From the IMG/VR virus record IMGVR_UViG_3300012344_000020, positions 1 to 64,000 of that record: 64,000 nucleotides of DNA; one strand, given 5' to 3'. This DNA comes from a virus (lineage: Duplodnaviria; Caudoviricetes). Both the position numbers and the translations under genes were made by a program. Shown here one piece after another: positions 18,301 to 28,355 of this stretch. Under the pieces are notes generated by a model. It saw only the letters and a program-made list of their open reading frames with translations. It had not been told where the DNA came from and ran no database searches. Each line of letters begins with the position of its first letter. Within the stretch, counting starts at the first letter, position 1.

Positions 18301-19052
18301 TCACTGACACCGACCGCAACCAGACGATATATATCTGTGCCTTGGCAGTCCAGTTCCTTATGCGCTACCACACGTTTGCCATTGCACCGCAGGAGAATGT
18401 GCGCCGCCGACAGATGGTACAGAAGCTCACCGAGAGCATCGTGCGCTACTTTGAATGGTTCTTCTCACGTCAGGAGGTGTATGGCATACCGGTTTGCACA
18501 GATGATATGTTCAACGAGTTCATGCGCGATTGGGCGGATGCCTCTGAGGGTAAGAGCAAGGAATACAGCCGTGCCACATTTAAGAAGAAGATAGCCGACT
18601 ACTGCGAGAATATGGGCATCGTCTGCAACCCACCGCAACTGTTTGCCAGCGACCGCGACCGCCAGCGCAAGTGCTTCAAGCTCCAGGCATGGGTAACGCA
18701 AGAGTACTTTGCAGGTCGTGAGTGGGAGAATGACAATACGATAGAGCCGAAGTGTATACGCCATCTTCAGACTTCCTATCATGTATTCTTCTTCTATCGC
18801 CCGGGCAAGGACGATATCCCGAAGGACTATGCAGAACTCAAGCGTATCGCCCGTGAGTTTGCCGAGCGCCCCGACCCGCTGCCTTATCGTGATGAGAACG
18901 GCGACATCGTTTCGCTCACCGAAGATGAACAGACCCGCTGGGACAATTTCATTTCGCGCAAGCAGGGCAAACGATATGCAAACAATAATGAGAGTAATAA
19001 CACAACGGCCAACAACCTTAACCAGATAAAGGAAGAGGATATGCCGTTCTAA
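15357..19052 (+). CDS. Fused primase-helicase
   Basis: N-terminal Zn finger CFCPFC; central primase-like region; Walker A GGSGKS; acidic MPF tail. Confidence 0.8.
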   Translation: MQFHPIINRLANIDMTLLVKPADEQHFEGQTACFCPFCQKKGAEGADASQADGKAMAGQTPHFIIYNDERGGLYDGVGVDGNTQAKHGAVRWMCTKTGKQGYGALELYAAMRNLPMHGASLLRLCKDLVVRVYGDKEETRNAFPMLFGKMDYRTIAAQTIETFSFMPKMDFNPQELAALGCEVTMVKGVPTFGFGKEFTTDMLNKDFRIYAVDSVTLPNVVRDGKQVSEVIYGTPWNPLFVCFATDVIAPQGSCGCLFRPAMKGDPIVFSTCDDHSVRKVSRWLMGDKVFTYAMDHRDSSTTAVHAAIEQFEPDEQYTKEKDIWVENETKNGEGKGTYHLEQEPIKTSDIKARNIVFCRTPEDALSVYYAMRSLRIDKASDPHFQKYCWYHVAFSIGRRNFWYIDRGQWRQEKLDFNAVQYQKMNRFAERVVMLYPNDISSQRDCGAIATKYSDICYAMLPEAFRSRYNQRWQWLYGCSPRSVRDYMIAYRMTDEDNFKFDHDLRIPLYSRLRGAKNTDPFEIEYPRDPRSGKLKPPTCKVSPSKVWLFMSAHGYYRMIDPESTDLVGQYIHLDRCFVEYIDVKSIIQATKELLIEFIEQSWRHNDIEQRLMSDCANMVDKTFTEKSAGGLQSMVIKFSDAFDAKTEYFYFRNVALKITPEAITPVSYDSINFFIPALARKPYDFTMRVFKTPFVIAESQEYRDKLAAINQKEAMRNEDGSPVFSTLEIGQMKAELEEWAQTYRWVVDCQGKREQDLWPILRIIRGCSNVLWEKEQEAIRNKQELPSIDQAVIASHFANMLSCIGRVCYRSWDTMQSICPYLLEDNIVDEKQASGGSGKSVMINLVVGSAVNVLKVDMKEFLTIADAKFCLSDLLLYPGKYRVVHWEDKPKSFPMKYFYNKVTSGTKVEKKFGDPVNMKLEDSPLNVITSNSPLSDDDDSTIGRFPLVSFSDRFARANPQKRKPARSPSDVMKNFRMEPEKLTDTDRNQTIYICALAVQFLMRYHTFAIAPQENVRRRQMVQKLTESIVRYFEWFFSRQEVYGIPVCTDDMFNEFMRDWADASEGKSKEYSRATFKKKIADYCENMGIVCNPPQLFASDRDRQRKCFKLQAWVTQEYFAGREWENDNTIEPKCIRHLQTSYHVFFFYRPGKDDIPKDYAELKRIAREFAERPDPLPYRDENGDIVSLTEDEQTRWDNFISRKQGKRYANNNESNNTTANNLNQIKEEDMPF

Positions 19053-19090
19053 ACGAATACATTTTAATACTTAAAAAGGAGATTACAACT

Positions 19091-19947
19091 ATGATTGAAA
19101 TGAACAACGAGGCTGAGATTATCAAGGGAAGATGTCGCTTCATCAACGACCACTTTCAGAATTTCAAGACCTACGGCATACCCCATGCCCAACTGATTAT
19201 TGCCGACCCACCCTATAATTTGGGCAAGAACGCATACGCCAGCAACCCGGCATGGTACAACGATGGCGACAACAAGAACGGTGAGAGCGAACTGGCAGGT
19301 AAGGAGTTCTTCGACACCGACAAGGATTTCCGCCCGGCTGAATTTATGCACTTTTGCTCACAGATGCTCGTCAAGGAGCCGAAGCAAGGCGTTACCGACG
19401 AGGATATAGAAAACCCATCGGGGGGGCAGAGAACAACGGCAAGGCTGGCTCACGCAAGAAGAGCAAGGCTCCGTGCATGATACTATTCTGCGCTTTCGAG
19501 CAGTTGCAGTATTACATCGACCTTGGCAAGCGTTACGGCTTCATGCACTATATCCCGTTAGTGTTCCGCAAGAACTTCTCGGCTCAGGTACTGAAGGCTA
19601 ACATGAAGGTGGTGGGTAATTGCGAGTACGGTTTGATGCTGTACAAAGATAAACTGCCGAAGTTCAACAACGACGGGCAGATGATATTCAACTGCTTTGA
19701 CTGGCCTCGCGACAGCACTACGCCCAAGGTTCATCCTACGCAGAAGCCAGTGCAGTTGCTTGAACGATTGATAGAGATATTCTCCGACCCCGATGATGTG
19801 GTGATAGACCCTTGCGCAGGAAGTGGCACGACGCTTCGCGCAGCCATTCAGAAAGGCCGTAAGGCGTATGGGTTTGAGATAAAGAAAAACTTTTTTAATG
19901 ATGCACGCGACAAAGTTCTGAAGAGTTTTCAGATGTCGCTGTTCTAA
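19091..19947 (+). pseudogene. N4/N6 DNA methyltransferase (beta class) split by a frameshift in a G7 tract at 19420-19426; G8 restores a single ORF
   Basis: ADPPY in the 5' half; HPTQKP and DPCAGSGTT in the 3' half. Confidence 0.85.
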
Positions 19948-19971
19948 TAGTAATTAGTTAAATAAAATAAT

Positions 19972-20433
19972 ATGAGAACAAAAACAAGTAATTGGTTCGA
20001 GTGTTCCGTCAAGTGCGAGAAAACATCCGACGACGGAACTTTTAAGAAAGTAGCAGAACAATATGTTGTTGAAGCATTGTCTTTTACGGAAGCTGAAGCG
20101 AACATCCTTCAGAATGTTGCAGCCTATTGTTCTGGTGAATTTGAAGTTGTAGGTATTAAACCTGCGAAGTTTAATGAGATTGCTTTTGAGGATGATGTCA
20201 AAGCAAAAGAAAATAGTAAATTCTATAAGATGAATGTTTCTTTTATTACTATTGATGAGAAAACAGGAAAGGAGAAACTTTCAAACCACCTATATCTTGT
20301 AGAGGCAGATTCGCTGAAACGGGCTATTGACAATGCGGATGAGATGTTTGCAAAATCCATGATAGACTACGTTTCGGTGAATGCCAACGTGACTAAGTTT
20401 TTGGATGTTTTTGAGTCTGACAACAAACAATAA
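19972..20433 (+). CDS. DUF4494-like protein
   Basis: WFECSVKCEK..YVVEALSFTEAE pattern. Confidence 0.75.
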   Translation: MRTKTSNWFECSVKCEKTSDDGTFKKVAEQYVVEALSFTEAEANILQNVAAYCSGEFEVVGIKPAKFNEIAFEDDVKAKENSKFYKMNVSFITIDEKTGKEKLSNHLYLVEADSLKRAIDNADEMFAKSMIDYVSVNANVTKFLDVFESDNKQ

Positions 20434-20438
20434 CAACT

Positions 20439-21050
20439 ATGGCAAGTTACAATGGAAGTGTAGACCTTCTTTCGCTCAATGGAGCGCAGGTGTTTACGGG
20501 TATCGACCAAAAAAACCCGACAAGAGCGTATGTGTGTGTGCCGGTGGATGTGAACGACATTAAGCTGACCACATCGAAGAATGACCCGACAAGACAGATT
20601 GCGGGCATGAGGGTGAACATCTGGCCTCTCAACGAGGCTTACAAGAACGCCGTGCGCCGCTCGGCTCAGGAGCGTGGCGACAGCAACGTGAATGTGCCTA
20701 CGCACGAGATGCAGATGTCGTTCACGGTGGACTATATCAAGGCGGCTATCGACCGCTTCCCTAAACTGGTGGAGCAGGTGCGTGAGCAGAACAAAGAACG
20801 TGATGCCGACCTCGTGAACCAGGACCCGAAGGATGAAAACACTCACCTCTTCAAGCTCATCCGTCAGCGCATGAACAAACGCCTCTGCGTGCTCTATCAG
20901 CCGCAGACACAACAGACACAGCAGACTGCCTATCCACAGCAGGCTTATCAGTCGGCTGTCTCGGCTACTGCTTATGTGGCTCCGGCAGACGGGCAGCAGA
21001 ACGACCCGTTCAACGGAGAGGCATATAATGAGGACGACCTGCCGTTCTAA
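20439..21050 (+). CDS. Putative single-stranded DNA-binding protein
   Basis: Gln-rich linker and acidic DDLPF C-terminus; replication context. Confidence 0.55.
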   Translation: MASYNGSVDLLSLNGAQVFTGIDQKNPTRAYVCVPVDVNDIKLTTSKNDPTRQIAGMRVNIWPLNEAYKNAVRRSAQERGDSNVNVPTHEMQMSFTVDYIKAAIDRFPKLVEQVREQNKERDADLVNQDPKDENTHLFKLIRQRMNKRLCVLYQPQTQQTQQTAYPQQAYQSAVSATAYVAPADGQQNDPFNGEAYNEDDLPF

Positions 21051-21080
21051 TCAGCGAACAATCAACAAGAATATTAATTA

Positions 21081-21212
21081 TCATCGAATGATACAAATGA
21101 AACGAACAGATTGAGAACCCTACGGATAACACAGATGGCACAGATATTTTCTATCTGTAAACTTCGTGTTATCCGTAGACGAAAATTCGTTTCATTAGTT
21201 TCATTCGATGAC
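21081..21212. repeat. Nested 9-bp arm palindromes A-B-B'-A'
   Basis: A 21081-21107, B 21121-21146, B' 21152-21178, A' 21186-21212. Confidence 0.9.
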
Positions 21213-21229
21213 CAAAAGAAACAAGCAAT

Positions 21230-22411
21230 ATGAAGTTGCAAGCAAAATCATCCCGCGAGCTCAACGCTGCCCTCCAGAAGTCGGCACGTTGTATCGCCAG
21301 CAAGAACACGATAGCTATCCTCGACAATGTGCTGCTCACTCAGCAGAAGGACGGACAGTTGTTCTTTACCTCGGCATCCACCGAGGCACGTCTTACCATC
21401 CCTGCACCGCTCACCATCGTGGAGGGCACATTCAAGTCGGTGGTGCTCCCCATCAAATACATCATGCCGTTTCTCGGCACACTGCCCGACTGCACCGTGA
21501 ACTTCTCTTTTGAGGATGCCCACGCCCTTATCCTTGAGTATTGCCATGGCGATGGCGACAACGTGAAGGAGGGTAACGCACAGCTCACATGGCTTGATGC
21601 CGAGGACTACCCGCAGATGACTGCGCCCGGTGCCGATGCCGTGAAGATAGCCCTGCCGATGGCACTGTTCAGCGATGTGCTTGCCAAAGCAGGCGATTTC
21701 GTTGGTCGTGACGAGATACGTCCGGTATTGAGCAGTCTGTGCATAGATATTACCGAAGACCGCTCAACGGTTTATTTCGTGGGCACCGACGGACACGCGC
21801 TCTTCAAGCAGACCCTCGGCAACGATCCTGCCAAGAACGGTTACGACTTCTTCCGTGGTGGCGAGCCGGAGAAGATATTGTTGCACATGGCATACTTCAA
21901 GCCGTTTGCCGCCTTTGCCGGTTGCGAGGAGATAACCGTTGAGAGCGACAACCATTCCATCCGTTTCTCGTCGGGCGACATTGAGTATGTGTGCAAATCG
22001 CTGGAGGGCAGATACCCCAACTACAACTCGGTCATTCCGCGTCAGAACCCCTATTTCGTTACCTTCGACAAGAAGGAGATGCTTGCCATCGTGAAGCGCG
22101 TGGGACTGTTCTCACCCGAAGCCGACAACAGTGTGGTGCTCCGCAAGGAAGGCATGTTCCTCACGGTGTCTGCCGACAACATCGACTTCTCGCTCTCGGC
22201 TTCCGACCAGGTGATGCTCCAGAACTCGCAGTGTGAGGAAGGCTTCCGTATCGGCTTCAATGGCGTGCGCCTCCAGTCGGTCATCAGTGCCGTGCCCGGC
22301 GACACTATCCGCATGGAACTTTCCGACAAGACACGCGCTGCCGTGTTCACTGCCGACGAACCATCGCCCTCGGTGCTCACGCTCCTTATGCCGATAATCA
22401 TCAACGACTGA
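21230..22411 (+). CDS. dnaN: DNA polymerase III beta sliding clamp
   Basis: IAILDNVLL, FVGTDGH, EGRYPNYNSVIP, LLMPI. Confidence 0.95.
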   Translation: MKLQAKSSRELNAALQKSARCIASKNTIAILDNVLLTQQKDGQLFFTSASTEARLTIPAPLTIVEGTFKSVVLPIKYIMPFLGTLPDCTVNFSFEDAHALILEYCHGDGDNVKEGNAQLTWLDAEDYPQMTAPGADAVKIALPMALFSDVLAKAGDFVGRDEIRPVLSSLCIDITEDRSTVYFVGTDGHALFKQTLGNDPAKNGYDFFRGGEPEKILLHMAYFKPFAAFAGCEEITVESDNHSIRFSSGDIEYVCKSLEGRYPNYNSVIPRQNPYFVTFDKKEMLAIVKRVGLFSPEADNSVVLRKEGMFLTVSADNIDFSLSASDQVMLQNSQCEEGFRIGFNGVRLQSVISAVPGDTIRMELSDKTRAAVFTADEPSPSVLTLLMPIIIND

Positions 22412-22424
22412 AAATTATAATCAT

Positions 22425-22490
22425 TCATCAAATGACACAAATGAAACGAACCTTTATTGCAAGTTATTGTCATTCGTGTTATTTGATGAC
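22425..22490. repeat. 9-bp arm palindrome (class A)
   Basis: TCATCAAATGACACAAATGAAACGAAC ... TTATTGTCATTCGTGTTATTTGATGAC. Confidence 0.85.
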
Positions 22491-22509
22491 TAAATAAAAA
22501 AAGATAAAG

Positions 22510-23187
22510 ATGGACGATACACTTCTTTTCATTCCACCCTGCTGTGTGGACCGTAAACTACCCAAGGCTGTGATGCAGGCTCCACAGCGTATGCTCACCT
22601 TTTACACGCATGGCGACGTGACGATGGAGAAGTTCTATCGTGCCGTGAGCTATCTGCTGGTTGACTCTCATGTGATGGTGCTCGCGATGCCTGCCGTAAC
22701 GCCCGACACGATGAGTTTCCTCCTTCAGTGCTTTGAGCGCAAATGGATAACTGCCCTTGTGTTATCGACGGCACGGAAGAACGCCGAGATAGTAGACAAG
22801 TTTCTTGGCGACTACCATGACCGTGTGCTCTACACGCAGAGCAAGGACGTGACGGACTCCACCTCGCACATGGTGCTGTACAATAAGGAGCGGGCACTGA
22901 CGCTCAACGGAGCCATGCTCGACCATGCCTATTCGTCGCTTGAGAGCTATTCGCTGGTGTTCTATCCCATCCACTGCCTCTCGTCCAACGGGTGCGACTG
23001 GGGCAATCCTATCCGCAACATCCTCTTGCCCGACGTGCTCCGCCACCGTCAGCAGGTGCGCAAGGACAAACGTGAGGTGGGCAACCGGGAGTTGAGCCGT
23101 TTCCTTCAGTGCAGCTTTCCGCCGTACAAGGAGGACGAGCAGACGGACAGCGAGCCGAAGGATCACTATTCATTCTCTAACATCTGA
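22510..23187 (+). CDS. Hypothetical protein
   Basis: 225 aa ORF. Confidence 0.8.
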   Translation: MDDTLLFIPPCCVDRKLPKAVMQAPQRMLTFYTHGDVTMEKFYRAVSYLLVDSHVMVLAMPAVTPDTMSFLLQCFERKWITALVLSTARKNAEIVDKFLGDYHDRVLYTQSKDVTDSTSHMVLYNKERALTLNGAMLDHAYSSLESYSLVFYPIHCLSSNGCDWGNPIRNILLPDVLRHRQQVRKDKREVGNRELSRFLQCSFPPYKEDEQTDSEPKDHYSFSNI

Positions 23188-23192
23188 GCCGT

Positions 23193-23507
23193 ATGAACTC
23201 CAATCCTAAGCAAAGTTACACCAACCTCCGTGCTTACACGGAGAAGTGGCAATGGATAGACCCTCGCTCCAAGCAGCAGGTAACGGGATATGTGCATCCG
23301 CAGACCGCTACCCATGTGGAGCGCAAGCCGTTCTTCATCCGCTTTCTCACCAAGACGGGACATGTCGATGCCGGCAACTGCGTGTGCCTCTCGGTCAATA
23401 CGCTGACACATCAGCGCAAGGTGCAGTTTGTGGCATCGGGAGAGATTAGGGTGCTGAATGATGTGCTGGTGCTGGAGGTGGATGGCACACGGTTTATCAC
23501 GCATTAA
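23193..23507 (+). CDS. Hypothetical protein
   Basis: 104 aa ORF. Confidence 0.75.
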   Translation: MNSNPKQSYTNLRAYTEKWQWIDPRSKQQVTGYVHPQTATHVERKPFFIRFLTKTGHVDAGNCVCLSVNTLTHQRKVQFVASGEIRVLNDVLVLEVDGTRFITH

Positions 23508-23516
23508 ATCAACAAC

Positions 23517-23714
23517 TACGGATAACGCAGATGATACGGATAAGAAAATCATCGAATGAAACAAATGACACGAATAAAAAAGAACATCGGAATGAACGGA
23601 AAGAACGGAACAGAGAAATCTGTTTTGTTTGTTGCACCTGATATTGACGGGTTCGTTTCATTCGTTTCATTTGATGAAAAATAAAATTCCGTTAATTCCG
23701 TATTTTCCGATGTT
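23517..23714. repeat. 9-bp arm cluster B, A, C, A', C' (interleaved)
   Basis: A 23549, C 23583, A' 23652, C' 23687. Confidence 0.9.
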
Positions 23715-23735
23715 TTTCAAAAACAAGAAGCAACT

Positions 23736-24290
23736 ATGTGGAATATCTTTAAGAGAAAAAAGAAGAAGCAGATGAAGGAGCTCACGCAGTTGAGCCAAGC
23801 CTTCGCCATTATCACCGAGTTCAACCGTCGCGGTCTGATTCACTGGCAGACGAAAGACAAGATACTCTTGATTGAGGAATCGCTTGCCGTGGTGCAGATG
23901 GCACAAGGGGAGGAACGTTTCCGCAACTTCCTCAATCATGTCGCCAACTGGCAGAACTTCCGGCTTATCCGCGATGCCTACGACCAGGCACGCATCGACC
24001 TTGAAGCCAAGGCAGTGCGCGAGGCACAGAAGAAGGAGGGCAATCTGTCGAAAGCCGGCATTCAGCGCATACGTCAGAACGCACGCTCCCGAATGGACGT
24101 GATACCCACAGAGCAACTGCCGGGACTTATCCGAGAGTTTGACATCATGATTATCCGTGCCAACGCCATTTCGCCGCAGACTGCAAAGGAGGAGAACGGA
24201 CAACTCCTTGCCCTTGGCCACTTCGACGGCAAGCAGGTGGAGATGGCGATGTATGACGACATTAAGCATAACCTACAAAACAACGAATAG
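23736..24290 (+). CDS. Hypothetical protein
   Basis: 184 aa ORF. Confidence 0.75.
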   Translation: MWNIFKRKKKKQMKELTQLSQAFAIITEFNRRGLIHWQTKDKILLIEESLAVVQMAQGEERFRNFLNHVANWQNFRLIRDAYDQARIDLEAKAVREAQKKEGNLSKAGIQRIRQNARSRMDVIPTEQLPGLIREFDIMIIRANAISPQTAKEENGQLLALGHFDGKQVEMAMYDDIKHNLQNNE

Positions 24291-24736
24291 CGATGGTTAA
24301 TACTATTTTTGTGATTCTTGCAGCATGCGTGATTGGCATTTCCTTTTTGGCTTTCGTGTGCATGCTGTTCGGAAACGATGACGAGAATGATGACAACGAC
24401 TATTAGTATAATGTTTGTGGCGGCTTGGGCATACCATAGCTACCGCAGTATAAGAAACAACAATCCGAGATTATGAAAAAGAAACTTCAAGCATGGCTCA
24501 TTCATCTGCTTGACGGCGATACCAGAGAGGAGATAATTGAGAGCAACCGCAACAGTTATAACATCGGTGTCTATACGACATTGATAAACTTGATGACCTT
24601 CGCCCAGCGTCAGAACGGCAAGTCGGCTGACGAATGGTGCAAGGGCGGTATATGGCTACATCGAGGACAGCATCAAAAAGATTGAGAAGCGAGAAATAAC
24701 CAAATAACAATAACCCTTTAATACTTTATAGAGATT

Positions 24737-25183
24737 ATGGAAAAGCAAATGACCCGAATGGAGTTTGACGATCGTATGAACGCAATCAATGTAGAGCAGC
24801 GCAAGGCTGCACAACCGTTCAACGACCGGATGCAGTCTATCGTGACAGAGAAAGCCAACATCAACAAGAAGGTGGCTGAGTTGCGTGCGGAAAGCAAACG
24901 GCTCGGTGCGGAATATGAGATGTACCATCAGCAGTGCCGTAAGACCAACGACATGTACGAGGAGCGCAAGCTGGAACTGCGCCAGCGTTTCAACGCCACG
25001 TTCACGCCCAAGACCAAGCATCCCGTCGATGTCCAGATGATGCATCATGTGCGCCGCTGCGTCCTCTCCTGTCTGAAGGATGCCCTTGCCGACAAGCGCA
25101 ACACGGACGACATCCAGTTTGATTTCCACTTCGAGGAAGACGGATCACTGAAACTTGAATGCAATATTCCGGAAATAAAATAA
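24737..25183 (+). CDS. Coiled-coil hypothetical protein
   Basis: 148 aa; TAATACTTTATAG leader. Confidence 0.75.
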   Translation: MEKQMTRMEFDDRMNAINVEQRKAAQPFNDRMQSIVTEKANINKKVAELRAESKRLGAEYEMYHQQCRKTNDMYEERKLELRQRFNATFTPKTKHPVDVQMMHHVRRCVLSCLKDALADKRNTDDIQFDFHFEEDGSLKLECNIPEIK

Positions 25184-25211
25184 CAACTTAAACTTCAAAA
25201 CATTTACAGCT

Positions 25212-25682
25212 ATGCACAAGAATTACAGTAAAGCAACATTGGCAATCGCGGCAAAGATAGCCGCTTCGGTTTTCGATACCCTTGCAACGACAGACATTTC
25301 GTTGAATGTGGAGCAAGCCCGGGAAGCAATAGATGCCGCACGCGAGATAACCGACGAGTATATGAAGAAAGCCTACGGCAAGTTCGGAGGACAGTCTTCG
25401 GAACTTCAGAACGCCAAGGACTCCGACAATGCAGAGATAAGCCAGGCGTGCGAGAAGATAGACGCCATCTTCCACCGGGTGAGCAGGGCAGAGTTGGCTC
25501 TTGCCAAGGCAGAGGACAGAAAAGTTTCCGAGAAATACCTGAAGCGTATGGCAGTACGCATCACACGCAGTGTAATGAAGGGTATAAAAGGTGTCGATGT
25601 TTCCGATATCACTTCCGACATCAAGCGCCGCAAGGACGGTACTTATCTGGTAAGTATCACAATAGCCTCCGATCATGAGTAA
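25212..25682 (+). CDS. Hypothetical protein
   Basis: 156 aa ORF. Confidence 0.75.
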   Translation: MHKNYSKATLAIAAKIAASVFDTLATTDISLNVEQAREAIDAAREITDEYMKKAYGKFGGQSSELQNAKDSDNAEISQACEKIDAIFHRVSRAELALAKAEDRKVSEKYLKRMAVRITRSVMKGIKGVDVSDITSDIKRRKDGTYLVSITIASDHE

Positions 25683-26301
25683 GGGAATGTATATACCTCG
25701 TGAGGGCGACATCGTGGCTTGGAACAACGAGAGCAAGTGTACCAGCATCGCCGTCATGATGAACGAGGATGAGTTTAGCGTCTGTCTGAATTTCCGCGGT
25801 CGCAAGGACGAGGAGAGTCGTATCTGGGAGTGGGACAACGTTCCTACAGACAAAACTCTCCGTCGCGCCGACAAACTGGAGATGGCTTGGCTTTTTGCCG
25901 AGCTCATCGCCCAGGGATATGAGTTCAGGGCTGAGGACGGCAAGGTAACGGTGAACATCTGTCCTGAAGAAAACGACGGAGACAATGAACCGGAGCAGGA
26001 GCCCGAAGTGCAGGTGCGCTGTGTGTTCCTTTCGCGCAACGACCGCTTCGCCAAGTATATCTACGAACTTGCCAAACTCTATCAGCAGCAAGGCTCGTTC
26101 CGCAACATGTCGGAACTGGCACGCCGAAACAATATCACGTCCATCAAGAAGGAGACATGCTTCCGTATCGGACTGCCCAATCTCCTTTCTCCCGAATGGC
26201 TCACGTCATCATCCGGCATTAAGTTTTGCAATGAATTGTACGAATATGCCCTGCACCACACGCAGCGTTTGCCGTTGATACCTCAATCCGCAAGAAAATG
26301 A
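25675..26301 (+). CDS. Hypothetical protein
   Basis: 208 aa; overlap-coupled to neighbours. Confidence 0.75.
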   Translation: MSKGMYIPREGDIVAWNNESKCTSIAVMMNEDEFSVCLNFRGRKDEESRIWEWDNVPTDKTLRRADKLEMAWLFAELIAQGYEFRAEDGKVTVNICPEENDGDNEPEQEPEVQVRCVFLSRNDRFAKYIYELAKLYQQQGSFRNMSELARRNNITSIKKETCFRIGLPNLLSPEWLTSSSGIKFCNELYEYALHHTQRLPLIPQSARK

Positions 26302-27374
26302 AACTAAACCTAAGTACACCACCGCAACAAGTCATCGACACTCTCGTAAGGGAGTGGCCGATGGCTTCGGCAGCCTACGTTCAGCATCATGGGGGAATGA
26401 AGGCTTACGACCGCAAGCAGGATGAGTTCCTGCAAAACGCCTTGCGCACAGAGAAGAGCAGCGTGCATGACGATTTCTACATGGAAATGCCCGATGGCAA
26501 CAAGTGGTGTGTATTCGAGCACACCGTCTTCGACCACGGCTATGTACATACCTGCCACTATGCTTTTTGCTATTGGCTCACTCAGCCCTACGGAGGAATA
26601 TTCTTCAAGATGAATCAGCCGGTAGCAGGAGAGAAGGACATGAAGCCGGGTTTCGTCTGTTACGACAGCCACTTCTTCGAGCGGCTCTGCGAGCGCGGCA
26701 TCTATCAATGGAATGGGCTAAAAACCTTCATACAGTTCATTGCCGACAATCACGCCAATACTATTTATTGTACCGACCGTGATAACAACAAATGGGATAT
26801 TCGCATCAGTCATGCCATCGGTCGCGGTTTCCAGCACAAGGATTGTCCTACGGCATATTACATCAAGACCGTCCTCGATGACGAGCAATTAACACGCTCG
26901 CAACGGCAGGCGACATCTGTGGGCAGGCGCACCGGCGATTCCATCAACAAGTACATCTCTCTTCCGCTTGCGGATATGTTCCAGCGGTTGCAGGCTAAGA
27001 TGATGGCAGCGAAAGCCAATGGCACACTTGAGGATTTCCGTAGTGAGTATATCCGCGACATCGCCCACATGCTGCATATCTCGCAAGAGGAAGCGCAATA
27101 TCTGAACGGCGTGTACGAGCTTATCCTCGGTGTCATCCTTGAGATAAAGCCTTCGGTCAATCCTTACATAAATCGGGATTTGCCCATGCAGTGTTTCTGC
27201 AAGGCGATAAACCTTCTTAACCGTTGGAAGGATGCGCAGTCTGACGATGGAGGCAAGCTCGATTTGGTGAATGGCATTTGCGCCGTAAACAAGCAGCAGT
27301 CGTTGCGTATCAGCAAAGGTGCTATCATACGGGCAATAAATGACAGATTAAAAAGAGCAGAAAATGAGTTTTAA
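26298..27374 (+). CDS. Hypothetical protein
   Basis: 358 aa; ATGA overlap. Confidence 0.8.
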   Translation: MKLNLSTPPQQVIDTLVREWPMASAAYVQHHGGMKAYDRKQDEFLQNALRTEKSSVHDDFYMEMPDGNKWCVFEHTVFDHGYVHTCHYAFCYWLTQPYGGIFFKMNQPVAGEKDMKPGFVCYDSHFFERLCERGIYQWNGLKTFIQFIADNHANTIYCTDRDNNKWDIRISHAIGRGFQHKDCPTAYYIKTVLDDEQLTRSQRQATSVGRRTGDSINKYISLPLADMFQRLQAKMMAAKANGTLEDFRSEYIRDIAHMLHISQEEAQYLNGVYELILGVILEIKPSVNPYINRDLPMQCFCKAINLLNRWKDAQSDDGGKLDLVNGICAVNKQQSLRISKGAIIRAINDRLKRAENEF

Positions 27375-28083
27375 CAATACCCGTACATTCCGCAAGCCCA
27401 CGGAGAAAGCGAAGTGGCAGGTGCCGACGCGACCGCACAACGGCACCGGACCTATGGAGTATTACCTGGAGGGAGAACTGAAGGAGAAGTTCTGCAAACT
27501 GTTTCCCATTCATTCCAACCGCAGGATATGCACATGGTTCGGTCTGTCTTTTTCCACTTGCCACCGTTTTGCCCGTGAGTTGGGGTTGCAGAAGGACATG
27601 AAGGCTATCTGTCGTGAGCATGCACGGGACATCAAGAAGACTTGTGAGAAGAACGGCTATTACGATTCCATCCGTGGTAAACGACCGTCGGACGCTTGCC
27701 TCGAAGCCACACGCCGACTCCGTGCAGAGGGTTTCCATCCTTTAAAGCAACTGAAGAAGAAGAATCCTCGCAAATACAAAAAGGTGATGGCAAAACGTGG
27801 CGAACGCCATAAGGAGCTTTGGGAAAGTGAGAAGCGGCGTGCGCTCTATGGCTTGGAACAGAAAACCAACCTCCGTATCAATCTCAACAAATTGAGCAGT
27901 ACGGCAGGGTCACAGAAGCATCAGATGATAAAGAAGCGCAACTACTTCGCCGATCCCGACCACACGTCCTGGGTATGCTACGACAGCCAGACCGACCGTT
28001 CGCCACGAATGGAGGCTACTGCCATCAAACACGGACTGCGGATAGTGCAGGGCAACGATGTGGACGAGACAACAAATGATTAA
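27364..28083 (+). CDS. Basic, probably DNA-binding protein (HTH-like)
   Basis: NRRICTWFGLSFSTCHRFARELGL helix-turn-helix pattern. Confidence 0.6.
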   Translation: MSFNNTRTFRKPTEKAKWQVPTRPHNGTGPMEYYLEGELKEKFCKLFPIHSNRRICTWFGLSFSTCHRFARELGLQKDMKAICREHARDIKKTCEKNGYYDSIRGKRPSDACLEATRRLRAEGFHPLKQLKKKNPRKYKKVMAKRGERHKELWESEKRRALYGLEQKTNLRINLNKLSSTAGSQKHQMIKKRNYFADPDHTSWVCYDSQTDRSPRMEATAIKHGLRIVQGNDVDETTND

Positions 28084-28333
28084 AATTTTAAGCAGTGATA
28101 TGAACGCACATACCCCACCAACCTGCGCTCGCTGTGTGTCGTATGACCACAACGGGTGTACCTGCCGAGAGCAAAGCTCGGAGATGTATCAGCACGACCT
28201 CTCACCCTTTCATGTGGCGTGTCCTAAATATCTCTCCGTGTCGTATGTCTACGGCAAGGCTCCGAAACGCAAGAAGTGGCACAAGGTGAAGACGATGGAC
28301 GACATCGAGACTCCCGGTGCACGCTTCTATTAA
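28076..28333 (+). CDS. Small Cys-rich protein
   Basis: CARCVSY..CTC..ACPKY. Confidence 0.6.
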   Translation: MIKILSSDMNAHTPPTCARCVSYDHNGCTCREQSSEMYQHDLSPFHVACPKYLSVSYVYGKAPKRKKWHKVKTMDDIETPGARFY

Positions 28334-28355
28334 CAATGGAAATAAAGGCATTATA

